A stretch of DNA of 54,177 nt from an uncultured Clostridia bacterium (GTDB lineage Bacteria > Bacillota > Clostridia > Christensenellales > UBA1242): positions 1 through 54,177 of the forward strand of contig CALWDY010000031.1 of NCBI GenBank assembly GCA_944376825.1, written 5' to 3'. The notes below the pieces were generated by a model, which had not been told where the DNA came from, made no database searches, and worked only from the letters and a program-made list of their open reading frames with translations. Positions 42,501 through 49,196 of this stretch are shown here, piece after piece; the stretch's first letter is position 1; each line of letters begins with the position of its first letter. The position numbers and the translations under genes were made by a program.

Positions 42501-45500
42501 ATAGTGTAAATATCACTTTAACGGAAAATGTGGGTTATACTTTTGAAAAATGGACATCAAATTTATCTTTTGTAAATGATAGTACGGATAAAGAAATTGT
42601 TATAAATCAATTTGTGGACAACAACACAATAACTGCAAACTTTGTGCAAAATGACAATACAATAACAATATTGATAAACAATAAAAATCGTGGCGTTGTA
42701 AGCACAGGTATGCAAACAACAGAAGAAACTGGCGAAATTGTGTTTACTGCAAAAACAAATAGTGAGATACCAATATCAGTAGTTTGCAACGAAGGCTATG
42801 AAATTGAATCATGGGAAGTTGAAAGCGAGCACGAGTATTTGTTGTCTGGAAATAATTTAAGTTTAAACAGAATATTACAAAATTTTGTTGCAGATGTTAC
42901 AATTACTGTAAATTTAAAAGCAAGTTTAAATACAATTAAAATTACATCACCAAACGACAAAGGAACATTTTCAATTGATGGTATTGCAAATAATGTTTAC
43001 TATAAAGCAAAGATACATACAGAACAAACTTTAACATTTACGATTGTTCCAAATCATGGATATAGAGTAGACACAAATTTAAGTTCTTGGATTTTTGAAA
43101 CAGAATCATCAAACAAAGGTACATTTGTTATTGCGGACAACAATGATAGCGTAACTGTTTCATTAAGTGGATTTACTGCTGATGGAAGCATTGTTATCCC
43201 TTATGTTTACGATTCGTTTACAATAAAAGTTGTTGCAATAAAACACGATACAACTTTTGATGTTGACCTTGATGCTTTAAATATTGTGGAACTTGACATA
43301 GATGGCAATTTAACAAATTTAAATTCAAATTCTTCGTTTACAGTAAATTACAACAAAAATGTTATACTTATTCCACAAAACGATGTGTATGTTGGATATT
43401 CTTTCAGTTCATGGTCGTCAAGAAATGATATGGAATATAGTTTAACTTCAACTGACGGCCTAGTTAGCATTGAAGAAAATGGGGAAATATTATTTAATGT
43501 TAAAGATAATATTACATTATATTTAGTTTACAATATAAACAAATATAACATCAAATATTCTGTAAATCACAAAGAGCGTGGCTCATTGTCGATTGATGGA
43601 ATTGGGCAAATATATTCATATGACCAAACAATAAAATATGGCTATGATGCAAAAACAGTTTTGGCTGTTGAAGATGAAAATCATTATTATCAATTCTCAA
43701 AATGGGTAAAAGTTAACCAAGATGGAACATATGAGGACTATACAACTAGCCTAAGCATAGATGTTACAAAAGTTTCTCAAAACGCCGAGTTTATTGCACT
43801 TTTTGTTGGAAAGCCAATAACTCTTACATTAAATGTAATTTTGCCAGAAAGTGAGAGATTTACAACCCAAGATATAGATTTTGCAAGTTTAGAGGTTACT
43901 CAAAACGAAAATACACAAGTTGCTGATATAACTAAAAATAATTATATTTTAACATATACCATTTCAACTTATAGTGGAGAAGAGATAATCTTTAATTTAT
44001 TAACACAAGAGGGATATGAATTTAATGGTTTAAATATTGATCCTAGATTGCAATGGGAAACTTTTGGAGTAAATGGATTTACAATTGTAAATATATTTAG
44101 TCAAACAACAGTTAATATTAATATAAAAGCAAAAACACATTCTGTTAAATTTGTTGTAGATGGCGTAGGGGCAAATGTGTTCGACTATTCAAATAACTCT
44201 ATTGGAGTTACAGAAATAGAAACATCAAAAGACAACAAAATTTATACTGCTTATGTTAAGACTGGTGGAACAGTTGCAAGTGTGATTTACATTTTAAATG
44301 GTTATAAACTTAATGAAAATGAATTTTTCATAACGCCAATACCTGTTGTGGATTCTAGTATATACAATGCGTACTCTTATGGAAAAGTAGAAAATGTTAC
44401 AACCGACATGGAAATAGTTGTTACAATAAGCCCTTATAAATATTTAGTAACATTTGATTATAATTATATAAACTGTCCAGAAAATGTGGTGAGCGGTGTT
44501 AATTTTGGAGAACCAACATTTAATCCTAGTTTAACAAATGATGTTACATTGCCAGAAAGGTATAAGTATGTATTTGTGGGATGGAACACAAAAATTGATG
44601 GAACAGGAATAAATTATAATTTTGATGGCGAGAACATATACTCAGTTGAAACAATAAATGGTGTAAACCAAAAAATATATGGTTTTAGAGGATCAACGGA
44701 TTCTAACATTTCAGTTTCAACAGATTATGATTATGAATGCACACTTTATGCAATGTGGGAAAAACAGCGCTTTAAAGTGGACTTGGTATTTGTTCCAAGT
44801 TTTGCAGTGTCAAATCTAAACTTGTCTTACCAAGACATTTTCCCAAACACAATAGACAGATTTACTAATTATAACGAAAACAATGAAATAACGGGAATAA
44901 GTTATGCACAAGGGGCACAAGTTAAAATTGTTGCTCCACTTGGGCTTTTAAACTATAAATACTACGGTTGGTCGTATAGCAATAATATTACTGATAAGTC
45001 TCAATTGAACACTTTTGAATACAACGAAGTAATGGGAGAGCAAAATATTGTTGTTTATCTATATTACACAATGAATGTAAATGTAGTTGCACGCACTGGC
45101 GGAAGTGTTCAAATTTCTGATAACGAACCGCTTTATAATCAAGTTATAACAATTAATGCCGTGTGCGATGAAGGATATGACTTTTTAAGATGGCTTAAAG
45201 GCTCAGAGGAAATTGAAAATTCAACAAGTTCAATGACTCAAACCATTTTAACTGCAACAACATTCTATGCGGAGTTCCTTGGAAAACAAGTAAATGTTAT
45301 ATTAGAACAAACCGACCATGCAAAACTTCGTATATCAAGTGCAACTTCACATGCGGATAATATTTACAGGGTTGGAGATACAATAAGGTTTGAAATATAT
45401 GATTTAGACTATGGATATTTCCACAAAACATGGCAGGGAGAATATAGCGAAGTAATAATTAATAATACCTACAAAATTAGTGCAAAAGACTTATTGAGAG

Positions 45501-46348
45501 GCTATGTTAAGTTTAAATTAGATATTGCTCCAAAAATAATAAACATTCAATTTGTTGTTGAAAATGGAATTGGTGGTTATTTTGAAATAGATGAAAATGA
45601 AACAATTAATATAATTAAGTCTTATACTTATGACACATCATTTAATTTTAATCTATTAACAACACAAAGATATCAGCTCGTTTCACTGTTATTAAACGGA
45701 AAAGAAATAGATTTAGAAACAATTTCAATGTTGATAAATGAAAAAAATGGATTTATTGACACATCTACAAATATACTTATGGCAAAGTTTAAACAACTTC
45801 TATGGATAGATGTTTGGGAAATGTTTGGTGGTAAGGGAACAGAAAATGATCCTTATCTTATAACAAACGAAAAACAACTTGCTGCAATGGCATATTTGAT
45901 AAATAATAACATAGAAGCAAAAGGAACAATTCCTTATGCTGACGGATATTATGTTGTAAAAGGCAATTTTAATTTGCAAGAAAGATTTTGGCAACCAATA
46001 GGAACCGAGCAAAATCCATTTAATGGCACGTTCGACTTGAAGAATTATAAATTTGTTGAACTTTTCCTTGATAAAGAATATGAAGTTACGCATTTAGATG
46101 GTTTGTTTGGATATGTGACAGATAATGCAAAATTCTTAACAAGCCCAAGCGATTTCACTGTTGCAATGCTAATTTTAGGTGGAGTGGTTGGATTTATTGT
46201 GTTAGTAATTTTAATTATTATTTTAATAATTATAACAAAACGCAAAAAGATGAGAAAATTATCAACAGCAATGACAATTCAGCCAATAAACAAAACGAAT
46301 AATATAGATAATGCGACAAACGAAAATCTAAATGATGGAAAACAATAA
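27560..46348 (+). CDS. Giant (6262 aa) cell-surface protein: signal/TM, GLUG-type head, InlB-B/Flg_new-like repeats, Ig module, YDG/MBG-like stalk, more B-type repeats, second GLUG-associated-like domain, C-terminal TM
   Basis: Uninterrupted ORF. The N-terminal domain has VYLTNDIDLSGKIWTPI..FDGRGYTI..GLFG..VGGLVG. B-type repeats include GYTFKGW, PTRTGFNFEGW, PQHEGYDFAGWY and PERYKYVFVGWNTKIDGTG. About a dozen K-x-Y/F-D-G-type units occur (e.g. KTYDGTN, KIYDGTS, KVFDGNT) along with YKIYGELDP. It ends with a TM (VAMLILGGVVGFIVLVILIIILIII) followed by KRKKMRK. Confidence 0.9.
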   Translation: MNYKTKKILSFSILFSIVFSLFAIFGAFFIQVNNWKLANLATATTNDSAQNLSVKNWADIDTKNTIQIYNNSTEQILAISSPEGLAAFMQDVNSGTNKYTNVYLTNDIDLSGKIWTPIKSFGGIFDGRGYTIKGLTIDETVETSDHCNGLFGQTSGAIIKNLTLEGVNINSIYSNEYAGALIGKAENTQIINCGATGTVSGGSSVGGLVGYLNGSINRCFSYVNTTSTSVEYLYGRRCTFSGGLVGYYVGGNGNDFDLVFHYGNVYTTVSHLNAVVGLGGIAGFVYDSSANQNSENIKNYYCSSDIGYSYGTIGNAVVKYSAGSRNVADSNYWIEDTNGIMHGIVKQFVIRGVGNIVLHYENNKFLYEGDESVQNPGTNNTTHSYNSTSNNTYLYNILTKNGNINDVLEFESESNYTFEKVVFSRAISGESDNLIRGNENFFQMNDKDYTYRYNEKSLSAESKVNSSVLKFSLNDAGSDDFSFNVSSSNYELSVLKTFQGEYTIVAYERGKYIPVTFSFLEYKNVTKSAWVSVTKNNLYEIKLVDGKYADLSAEDVYYVPYDEPYIITFTSDYFKRITQIGKGGLDATNILFDIDNPGKPKPTQNCSYLSSKITSNTTETYYLNNLQEVTINLNANSDFEGIAGNSPYFVFNNNGNYSLIETSVTVLVMVDKPLSNGIGYNGTNILSGSSLTLSKFYPLWSKFIATKIVERSTGTEILENSLNIYAGSLNVSYTEIWNKLNTDKSIWQVEWNGANQQTKISTNNSLFFNSLPQSPVNTNTSDGQTSIAFELKPGYVLENLEFYLNCDEGASKLTNISSYYACSHSQTVGNERFQVKNSYTISQSEDNQYFYTITFNHLIGIQEIKLVVAEKSLDFSLNASLDSTISGYDKNPVTVTVDGIEGEAISDKGVGLTNSVKFNAKFNNEFIITATAKLGYHITDLTVDNIKVFGAENESINDIISIKKLSEDEHIYGITIHSLTSVSITGFQITIPVVQNTVNVTLSIDGVSLGVFENFLSNLIVNSYKNEKDVTEELTHGTGGNKYNISIKTDDIFKFVVSLSSMQQDFASIKTEFITFTTPSGFGDYTINGDNETWGEITISGFALENDTNINISVKITLLSSNIKITDNIYNKNAEYEEKFTYGTKVFVSSENNNLIIILEDKNQGITKQYILEDILFNKNTIESFELIIDGEKTTIYNTAVQSFEYQIKIESFKSHQDTPIEIIINPNYKTSNIHANIVYKYSNSNILPLQSNSNKVQVLVNGSPSNYAYVGNTIKLSNNNIAGYTFKGWIIISQDNGVLGSIDFSNYIPTFNTTFTVGYGAGEIEPKTDLFFIAVYQANIYNVKFDDSNYFDDYNEFTFTPSFVPSSVKLEYGTNQFIIDGVNKMPPTLEVSPALYNFSGWQYTNDTNYVVEYSSSSFIINAFTSTSVPNEDGAEITFIPYLTPAKVTYALYNDITDIEVTGNVTYKSNDYSLTNIPTRTGFNFEGWQYDGVVYLPFNSETGRFEEFLPYTLGQASIQFTPKWSAKEISLTFDAGEGEFSNGRKTILGTVVYGTNIYTSDVFDNLPTWIVGENEIVYEFEYFILKGDTSKKVYTASDINNFVYQDTLQTTFVACYSIKSIIPQIATQDGQTDWVYDGNNHEIEVKQLSGLVLNYVYQWQKQNQSGEWEDVEGANDITLNVKNYVDSGVYRCVVTATAKQYNNTTICCIGVATGTSNEINISIEKRKLEFVDDNYQMLSKIIKTFDNSNIVPDGYLQLSNIVQGEDIEVVATYTSIHVSNDIKMQFNLKALNDKTILENYYYEEILGQITPYIINFDVDGEIYQIGEGTNEVVISQNYYSINNKDLLFLQNNNMSYSAILKTSKNEIGTYTQENEEFKINIFDFSVSTKDEDFSSDFAYLINGQFIISAQNTNSISFNIVGICEDGFNDNAQDIIAFNVTYPLTLQIENNGTSDVKIIGNKDDLQGETLLAQIVVANNYFINKITINNEEVDINAYFSNNQLEYLVDNSLNSVTIKVYVTTLRTIIFDYNIINANELSGNIVSETKFAVQKTIDYSIQNYGAHLPNNDTIKRAGYNFVNWTTNNGTKIETDTIWMYGDITLYANWEIAELSILKYIDGIVYEDESFLKEYNAITNELKFEIQNSNLYSLTYTYAWKKGNASLTNSTNAITFKNVVDSGVYSLTIKAISNTDSRIYLQKTYNFEITITKVNIFKNLVTLNKEYDKTNQTAISDINFDFGETVSVFGQYNGVNVSSTINLNKDFWTFTVKGTDAQVSNYNLNLENVDQESQIVPKEVSITIANGSITKIYDGAVAQYSNIYTNENIEFDYTIQTTSANVGIYNQASENVVITIRRDLISNFNISILGYFEIQIKTVNVTEWNGKTNVTFDGQYHSVFPNLGDMSLYLQITSITYTGLNETITYDVTNGETANIGVINADTYTVTCEFLENDNVTISQFETTLIINKKVIDLKYVDAGYIYQKDYDGTKTVNAELEFDILDKLTNLTILDDENLSSYLPEFVYEFENTLASQSESDFKNIIVKLDENNKNSNNYILNSENYAVVKGLINKISATVSVNSIKVYDETNFVVNSSNISINLVQNDSLSGDITFNDIINAGIYYNLKDYDKTINLKIFNSQDNAEYDIQQNYILEFINSVSSQEQLHNKLQITKAPINVAIVNAEQYVYTGEEVTIQYSIENTEIMPSGELMFSYQTVGQDTVLDNEKAVQIGSYTFECYFNGIDGNNFEIILNTNDFAFEIVKRPLLIKFDQPNETKIFTYEIGQNAQYSSVNYPQDNILDASNSLGIGDDIYWSFTTTSENAKAYYLFDILQVTKEIIITKNGEDYTKNYAITYSEKSQILIEKKTLALDAISFVETETIYDSTVKEIVANIKTGFYVDGIEQIITISSKTQSLYGKFTNMQRTTPWNDDSAVAITSYEDIKYAGLYSFNISLDNYIILSSNNLFEYMINQKELSIEIENTNKTYDGTNILPKDNISVSGVIDGDNVTVQATYDNKNVGTNKKITISVVASGFADKYLIGSYKLPSLNYYGNITKRALEFSIIDEAYTTYYTGKTTQINIIYFNVYNLVEVEYISGTMNLHKTNVGRYVLNQLNAEFVSFSLHIEDLFGEDSTSNYSFDISSIVNSEVHILQAQIVVGITENNIVYTGEVQLPKLTYSIYKERGEIVDNEIVNVIKSKYALMPQAQTYISNPINAGVYRIKLYTDNNGSISNYILVNEDGNTYDEYVVENAYFVINKRQIAISVEQTINFNYNGNNATYSLQNNDIIDPSSTLNNGLVKGHNIKGTLSTNSSALGSYVVRNILGDDILNSANKVYLTLFNIAPYVDANNDGLVIYGTTSEDLSMNYELVSLSAHIEIINLYESFDIGAISNFEYDKQDKLLNGLIQVRYIPTDTIYTFVKGDENSVFSNLLYYINEIGQPTETVINAGKYSFVITIDGDATVIEFNVNKRTLNLNISSNNKIYDGTSNFVGEISADNIIEGDQVNFVNAMYVDDSLSPISDVGRHQIVMGIDGTDCLNYQLSNDALYGDITKRQITLSVKNDANIIYSGKNPQIDSTLLNITGELANGENLRGYVLFKYKDAKTYNFDLSNIDISNLMVITNTDQQTTKNYEFLFDGEIIINPLTIEIVVEEIDFTYNGNAQGIFNKLIVQNVPSELREEVNSAINITYNTNDLPVDADDYIATISTNSNNFVFIVKDHANNEINFTIKKKDLTININKQVIYNPTSDHKQNLVVEDFVGIVENQSVNGTFKLYQAGLGVGTYNVGDNHVVIEDVAIYVNDVDTINKNYNIVEYTGSVEIVPYDVTTVNLKTNSFVYTGYDISSQIQLQFVDANGQLQSITIDDSSLGNLTIVEGEAKNVGTYNVTFAINNCNTSINNLTFDITQKEIKTINYTRDKKYSGNSFVYNPSGLTNLTSIDTYSGDNIIIKGYYVDENGVYTSEVGTHRIQFVIENAESLPQSNYTIDVVDTGTILKREIVLEVNKQIVYTTTNLYQIDASDLSVSSLGDKLLSTNTLDGFITFAKNEVGNVDFESINITNLKVLDENLENVSSNYAITLIGNIEVIKVKINLLFDDLLTEYIYCASSIEIEPKITLINSSEKTDLILDVLYTSTSGYHSSNSPKDVGVYTAIFSVSSQNYEIEGINTFDFAIVAYEIVLNSGDIPNDYFYKIYGELDPILAYTITTDLNEKVTIHFSRVSGENVGRYDMVVENWDNDNYNIIAGQDSLKELFEIVKASILNVVITATDKNINILQKEYDNNYIQDIDISTLDYTANGEIVTGTISYAGIDVGEYEISSYNLISLNYKECNVTSEIKFVINKKVITLSADNLDKVYDATNKFMGNISILDESGQKLDESIYPLYAVATYSQKDVKENIEILITFQGDDINNYIVSNTLFGNITKRTVTVIPDTNQSTIYGTENFVITYTISDNNSVKLQNYANEISGGLFIEPLNGQSKLIAGQYEIKSNLVSNNLNLILQTNVIYTIERRELTIVCDQGFNKVFDGNTSVVGNLKINNLIDGDNVSVVANYDNPNVGTNKTITFTLSGNDANNYYANDVIGAITNKGVTLIYQYIEDDFDMINADRIQYNDLISSNLIYGQAISALPMPQHEGYDFAGWYLDGNLIDINTVINESIWPIDETEKTAYAKWTIKKFNLNVISTTKVNGEFITDIDKQGGTLTNINGLYDYYQIVSLLDVANAKPGYEFLGYSYDISWEPSLDMENITIEAKDNVIYAKFAPLTLTITLDSNGGTFKSNSKWSFSENDTKASITVEFNTTLSSNNVTLVEAFKTGYNQDITKWQTEDGQIIDFNINTLLDESFYPNKTLKVVWQSNDYEIILNANGGYFENIDNLVWNTIEVDVQDRPTIISKTVKFNEVVGQLPNPQKLGYTFKCWSNDQLNQDYVWDYAETTSFDAVWEDNQYQLTINSEHGEVIAVVLDENDNTITTQTIDGKNNSQLILDVKTSYSVNITLTENVGYTFEKWTSNLSFVNDSTDKEIVINQFVDNNTITANFVQNDNTITILINNKNRGVVSTGMQTTEETGEIVFTAKTNSEIPISVVCNEGYEIESWEVESEHEYLLSGNNLSLNRILQNFVADVTITVNLKASLNTIKITSPNDKGTFSIDGIANNVYYKAKIHTEQTLTFTIVPNHGYRVDTNLSSWIFETESSNKGTFVIADNNDSVTVSLSGFTADGSIVIPYVYDSFTIKVVAIKHDTTFDVDLDALNIVELDIDGNLTNLNSNSSFTVNYNKNVILIPQNDVYVGYSFSSWSSRNDMEYSLTSTDGLVSIEENGEILFNVKDNITLYLVYNINKYNIKYSVNHKERGSLSIDGIGQIYSYDQTIKYGYDAKTVLAVEDENHYYQFSKWVKVNQDGTYEDYTTSLSIDVTKVSQNAEFIALFVGKPITLTLNVILPESERFTTQDIDFASLEVTQNENTQVADITKNNYILTYTISTYSGEEIIFNLLTQEGYEFNGLNIDPRLQWETFGVNGFTIVNIFSQTTVNINIKAKTHSVKFVVDGVGANVFDYSNNSIGVTEIETSKDNKIYTAYVKTGGTVASVIYILNGYKLNENEFFITPIPVVDSSIYNAYSYGKVENVTTDMEIVVTISPYKYLVTFDYNYINCPENVVSGVNFGEPTFNPSLTNDVTLPERYKYVFVGWNTKIDGTGINYNFDGENIYSVETINGVNQKIYGFRGSTDSNISVSTDYDYECTLYAMWEKQRFKVDLVFVPSFAVSNLNLSYQDIFPNTIDRFTNYNENNEITGISYAQGAQVKIVAPLGLLNYKYYGWSYSNNITDKSQLNTFEYNEVMGEQNIVVYLYYTMNVNVVARTGGSVQISDNEPLYNQVITINAVCDEGYDFLRWLKGSEEIENSTSSMTQTILTATTFYAEFLGKQVNVILEQTDHAKLRISSATSHADNIYRVGDTIRFEIYDLDYGYFHKTWQGEYSEVIINNTYKISAKDLLRGYVKFKLDIAPKIINIQFVVENGIGGYFEIDENETINIIKSYTYDTSFNFNLLTTQRYQLVSLLLNGKEIDLETISMLINEKNGFIDTSTNILMAKFKQLLWIDVWEMFGGKGTENDPYLITNEKQLAAMAYLINNNIEAKGTIPYADGYYVVKGNFNLQERFWQPIGTEQNPFNGTFDLKNYKFVELFLDKEYEVTHLDGLFGYVTDNAKFLTSPSDFTVAMLILGGVVGFIVLVILIIILIIITKRKKMRKLSTAMTIQPINKTNNIDNATNENLNDGKQ

Positions 46349-46380
46349 AAATTCACCACTTGTGGTGAATTTTTATTGTT
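46341..46380. terminator. Strong terminator hairpin after the giant gene
   Basis: Perfect 19-bp inverted repeat AACAATAAAAATTCACCAC-tt-GTGGTGAATTTTTATTGTT. Confidence 0.88.
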
Positions 46381-46420
46381 TATATGCTTTTGATGTGTTA
46401 ATATTTTGTTGGAGAAAAAA

Positions 46421-47557
46421 ATGAGTAGAATTGCAATAATAGGCGGTGGAGCAAGTGGCGTTATATGCTCAATATTTGCATCAAAAAAAAACGATGTAAC
46501 ATTGTTTTGCTGTGATGATAAGGTTGGTAAAAAATTGTTGGTTACAGGAAATGGAAAATGTAATATTACAAATTTAAAAAATTTTGACATGGCATATAAT
46601 ACTGATATAACAAAATATTTAAAAAAATTTGATCAAATGCAAACAATAAAATTCTTTTCAAATCTTGGACTTGTTACTTACAGCGACCAAGAGCAAAGAG
46701 TTTATCCATTTTCCAATAGTGCATCAAGTGTGATAGATGTTTTAAATAACAAACTAAAAAAATGCGGAGTAGATGTAAAACTAAATGAAGAAGTAATTTG
46801 TGTTGAACAATTAAAAAATAAATTTAAAATAACAACAACCCTGCAAAGTTATATTTATGACAAAGTTGTTGTTTCGGTTGGAAGTAACAACAAATTGCTT
46901 GAACAATTACACATAAAATACAAGCCGTTTTCACCAAGTTTGGTTTCTTTAAAAACAAAAGAAGATACTCATAGTTTGGCAGGATTAAGACTTTCTAATG
47001 TTGAAGTTGTGTTAAACTTAAATAATAAAAAAATTTTTGAAAAAGGTGAAGTGCTTTTTAAAGATAAGGGAATTAGCGGAATTTGTATTTTTAATTTGTC
47101 GGCTTATCTCGCAAGACAAAACAATTATAACGCAAGCATAAGTATAGATATGATGCCAAGTTATACTCATGAAAAATTATTAAATTTATTACAAGAAAGA
47201 TTAAAATGTGATTTTCATAATGCAAAAGAGTTTATGCAAGGTTTTTTTAATGAAAAAATTAATAATAATATATTAAAAACATGTAAAATTAAAAACGAAG
47301 ATAAAATAACAGAAAAAAACATATGCCAATTGGCAAAAGCAATAAAACAATTAAAATTTAATGTAATTGGACATTATGAAAACAATCAGGTTAAAAGCGG
47401 TGGAATTTTACTTGAAAATTTAACAGCTGCTCTGCAATATAAATATGTAAATAATTTATTTTTCACAGGAGAAATAATAGATGTTGATGGAATTTGTGGT
47501 GGATATAACTTGCAATGGGCATGGACAAGTGGCAAAATTGTGGGGGAAAATATATGA
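46421..47557 (+). CDS. HI0933/YhiN/BaiN-family flavoprotein
   Basis: ATG 46421 after GGAG. Motifs are IIGGGASG, GKKLLVTGNGKCNITN, RVYP and GEIIDVDGICGGYNLQWAWTSG. Confidence 0.92.
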   Translation: MSRIAIIGGGASGVICSIFASKKNDVTLFCCDDKVGKKLLVTGNGKCNITNLKNFDMAYNTDITKYLKKFDQMQTIKFFSNLGLVTYSDQEQRVYPFSNSASSVIDVLNNKLKKCGVDVKLNEEVICVEQLKNKFKITTTLQSYIYDKVVVSVGSNNKLLEQLHIKYKPFSPSLVSLKTKEDTHSLAGLRLSNVEVVLNLNNKKIFEKGEVLFKDKGISGICIFNLSAYLARQNNYNASISIDMMPSYTHEKLLNLLQERLKCDFHNAKEFMQGFFNEKINNNILKTCKIKNEDKITEKNICQLAKAIKQLKFNVIGHYENNQVKSGGILLENLTAALQYKYVNNLFFTGEIIDVDGICGGYNLQWAWTSGKIVGENI

Positions 47558-49131
47558 TTAAATTAAATTTTAACAATATTCCAATAAATTATGATGAAAA
47601 ATATTTATATAATAAAATAACAAAAATATTAAAAATAAATAAAAAAGAAATAAAAAATATAAAAATAATAAAAAAATCAATTGATGCAAGAAAAAAACCA
47701 CATATTTTTTACCATATTTCAGTTGCAGTTGAATTGTTTAATGAAAAATTAGAAAACAAATTAAATTATGAAAAAATCAATTTAGATTACAATGGTATAT
47801 GCTTCAATAAAATTAATAGCAACAAAAAAATTATTGTTGTTGGCTTTGGTCCAAGTGGAATGTTTTGTGCTTTGGCGCTTGCCAAAATGGGGCTTAATCC
47901 AATGGTTTTTGAGCAAGGCGATAATGTTGATGAAAGAATAAAAAAAGTAAATGATTTTTGGAAAAAAGGAAAACTTGACACGCTTTCAAATGTTCAGTTT
48001 GGAGAGGGCGGGGCAGGAACATTTAGTGATGGGAAGTTAAATACAAATTTAAAATCAAAAATTTGTAATCAAGTAATAAATGAACTTTATTTGCATGGCG
48101 CACCAGAAGAAATTTTATATGAAAACAAGCCTCATATTGGAAGTGATAAACTTTGCAATGTAACAAAAAACATTCGAGAAGATATAATTTCGCTTGGAGG
48201 GAGTGTTAAATTTAATACCAAACTTGTTGATATTATTATTAAAGACAACAATGTAAAAAGTATAGAATTATTAAATACAATTACAAACGAGAAAACAAAA
48301 ATGGAATGTGATTTTTTGTGTCTTTGTTTGGGGCACAGTGCAAGAGATACTTTTAAAATTTTAAAACAACAAAATTTCAATATAAAACAAAAACCTTTTG
48401 CAATTGGGCTAAGATTAGAACAAAAAGCCGAAAATGTAAATAAAATGCAATATGGTGAAAACTATTCCAAACTTTTGCCAAATGCTGATTATAAACTGGT
48501 AACACACTTAGAAAACGGCAGAAGTGTATTTACATTTTGTATGTGTCCGTGTTGAATGGTTGTTGCATCTTCATCTAATAATGGCGAAATTGTAACTAAT
48601 GGAATGAGTAATTTTAAAAGGGACAACAAATATTCAAACAGTGCAATCTTGGTAAATGTTATGCCTAGTGATTATGAAAGTGATGATGTGCTTGCAGGCA
48701 TATATTTTCAAGAAAAATACGAAAAACTGGCTTTTGAATTGGGAGGCGGAAATTTTAGTGCTCCTGTGCAAAGTGTGGGCTCATTTTTGGAAAACAAAGC
48801 AAATATTGGCATGTGTTCATATTTGCCAAATTATAAATTTGTTAATTTAAAAAGTTGTTTGCCAAATTTTGTTTACACAAGTTTAAAACAAGGTTTAGAT
48901 GTTTTTAGAAAAAAATACAAATATTTTGCACTTGATGATGATGTTTTAATTGGAGTGGAAACAAGGAGCAGTTCACCAATAACAATACAAAGAGATGAAA
49001 ATTTGGAGTCGAACATAAAAGGAGTTTATCCTTGTGGAGAAGGTGCTGGATACGCAGGGGGAATTGTGTCGAGTGCTCAAGATGGAATCAAGGTTGCCAA
49101 CGCAATATACAATAAAATATTAGGCAATTAA
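47554..49131 (+). pseudogene. COG2509-type FAD-dependent oxidoreductase interrupted by an in-frame TGA at 48553-48555 (pseudogene, sequence error or recoding)
   Basis: ATG 47554 overlaps the upstream TGA. Motifs are VVGFGPSG, SNVQFGEGGAGTFSDGKL, PHIGSD, then FTFCMCPC*MVVA in place of the family's FCMCPGGxVV, continuing in frame to TNGMS, ETRSSSP and GEGAGYAGGI. Confidence 0.85.
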
Positions 49132-49144
49132 AATTTATATAAAT

Positions 49145-49191
49145 AAAAAAGAACTTAAATAGGGGTCGACCTAAGAATTAAGTTCTTTTTT
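49145..49191. terminator. Bidirectional terminator between convergent genes
   Basis: AAAAAAGAACTTAA (49145-49158) pairs with TTAAGTTCTTTTTT (49178-49191). Confidence 0.82.
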
Positions 49192-49196
49192 GCATT

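Noticed and set aside
48553..48555. Alternative genetic code (UGA=Trp or Gly) to explain the in-frame TGA
   Set aside because: The 6262-aa ORF and other long genes have no internal TGA and use TGG for Trp. TGA also serves as a stop at 47555-47557 (ATGA overlap). Code 11 fits.
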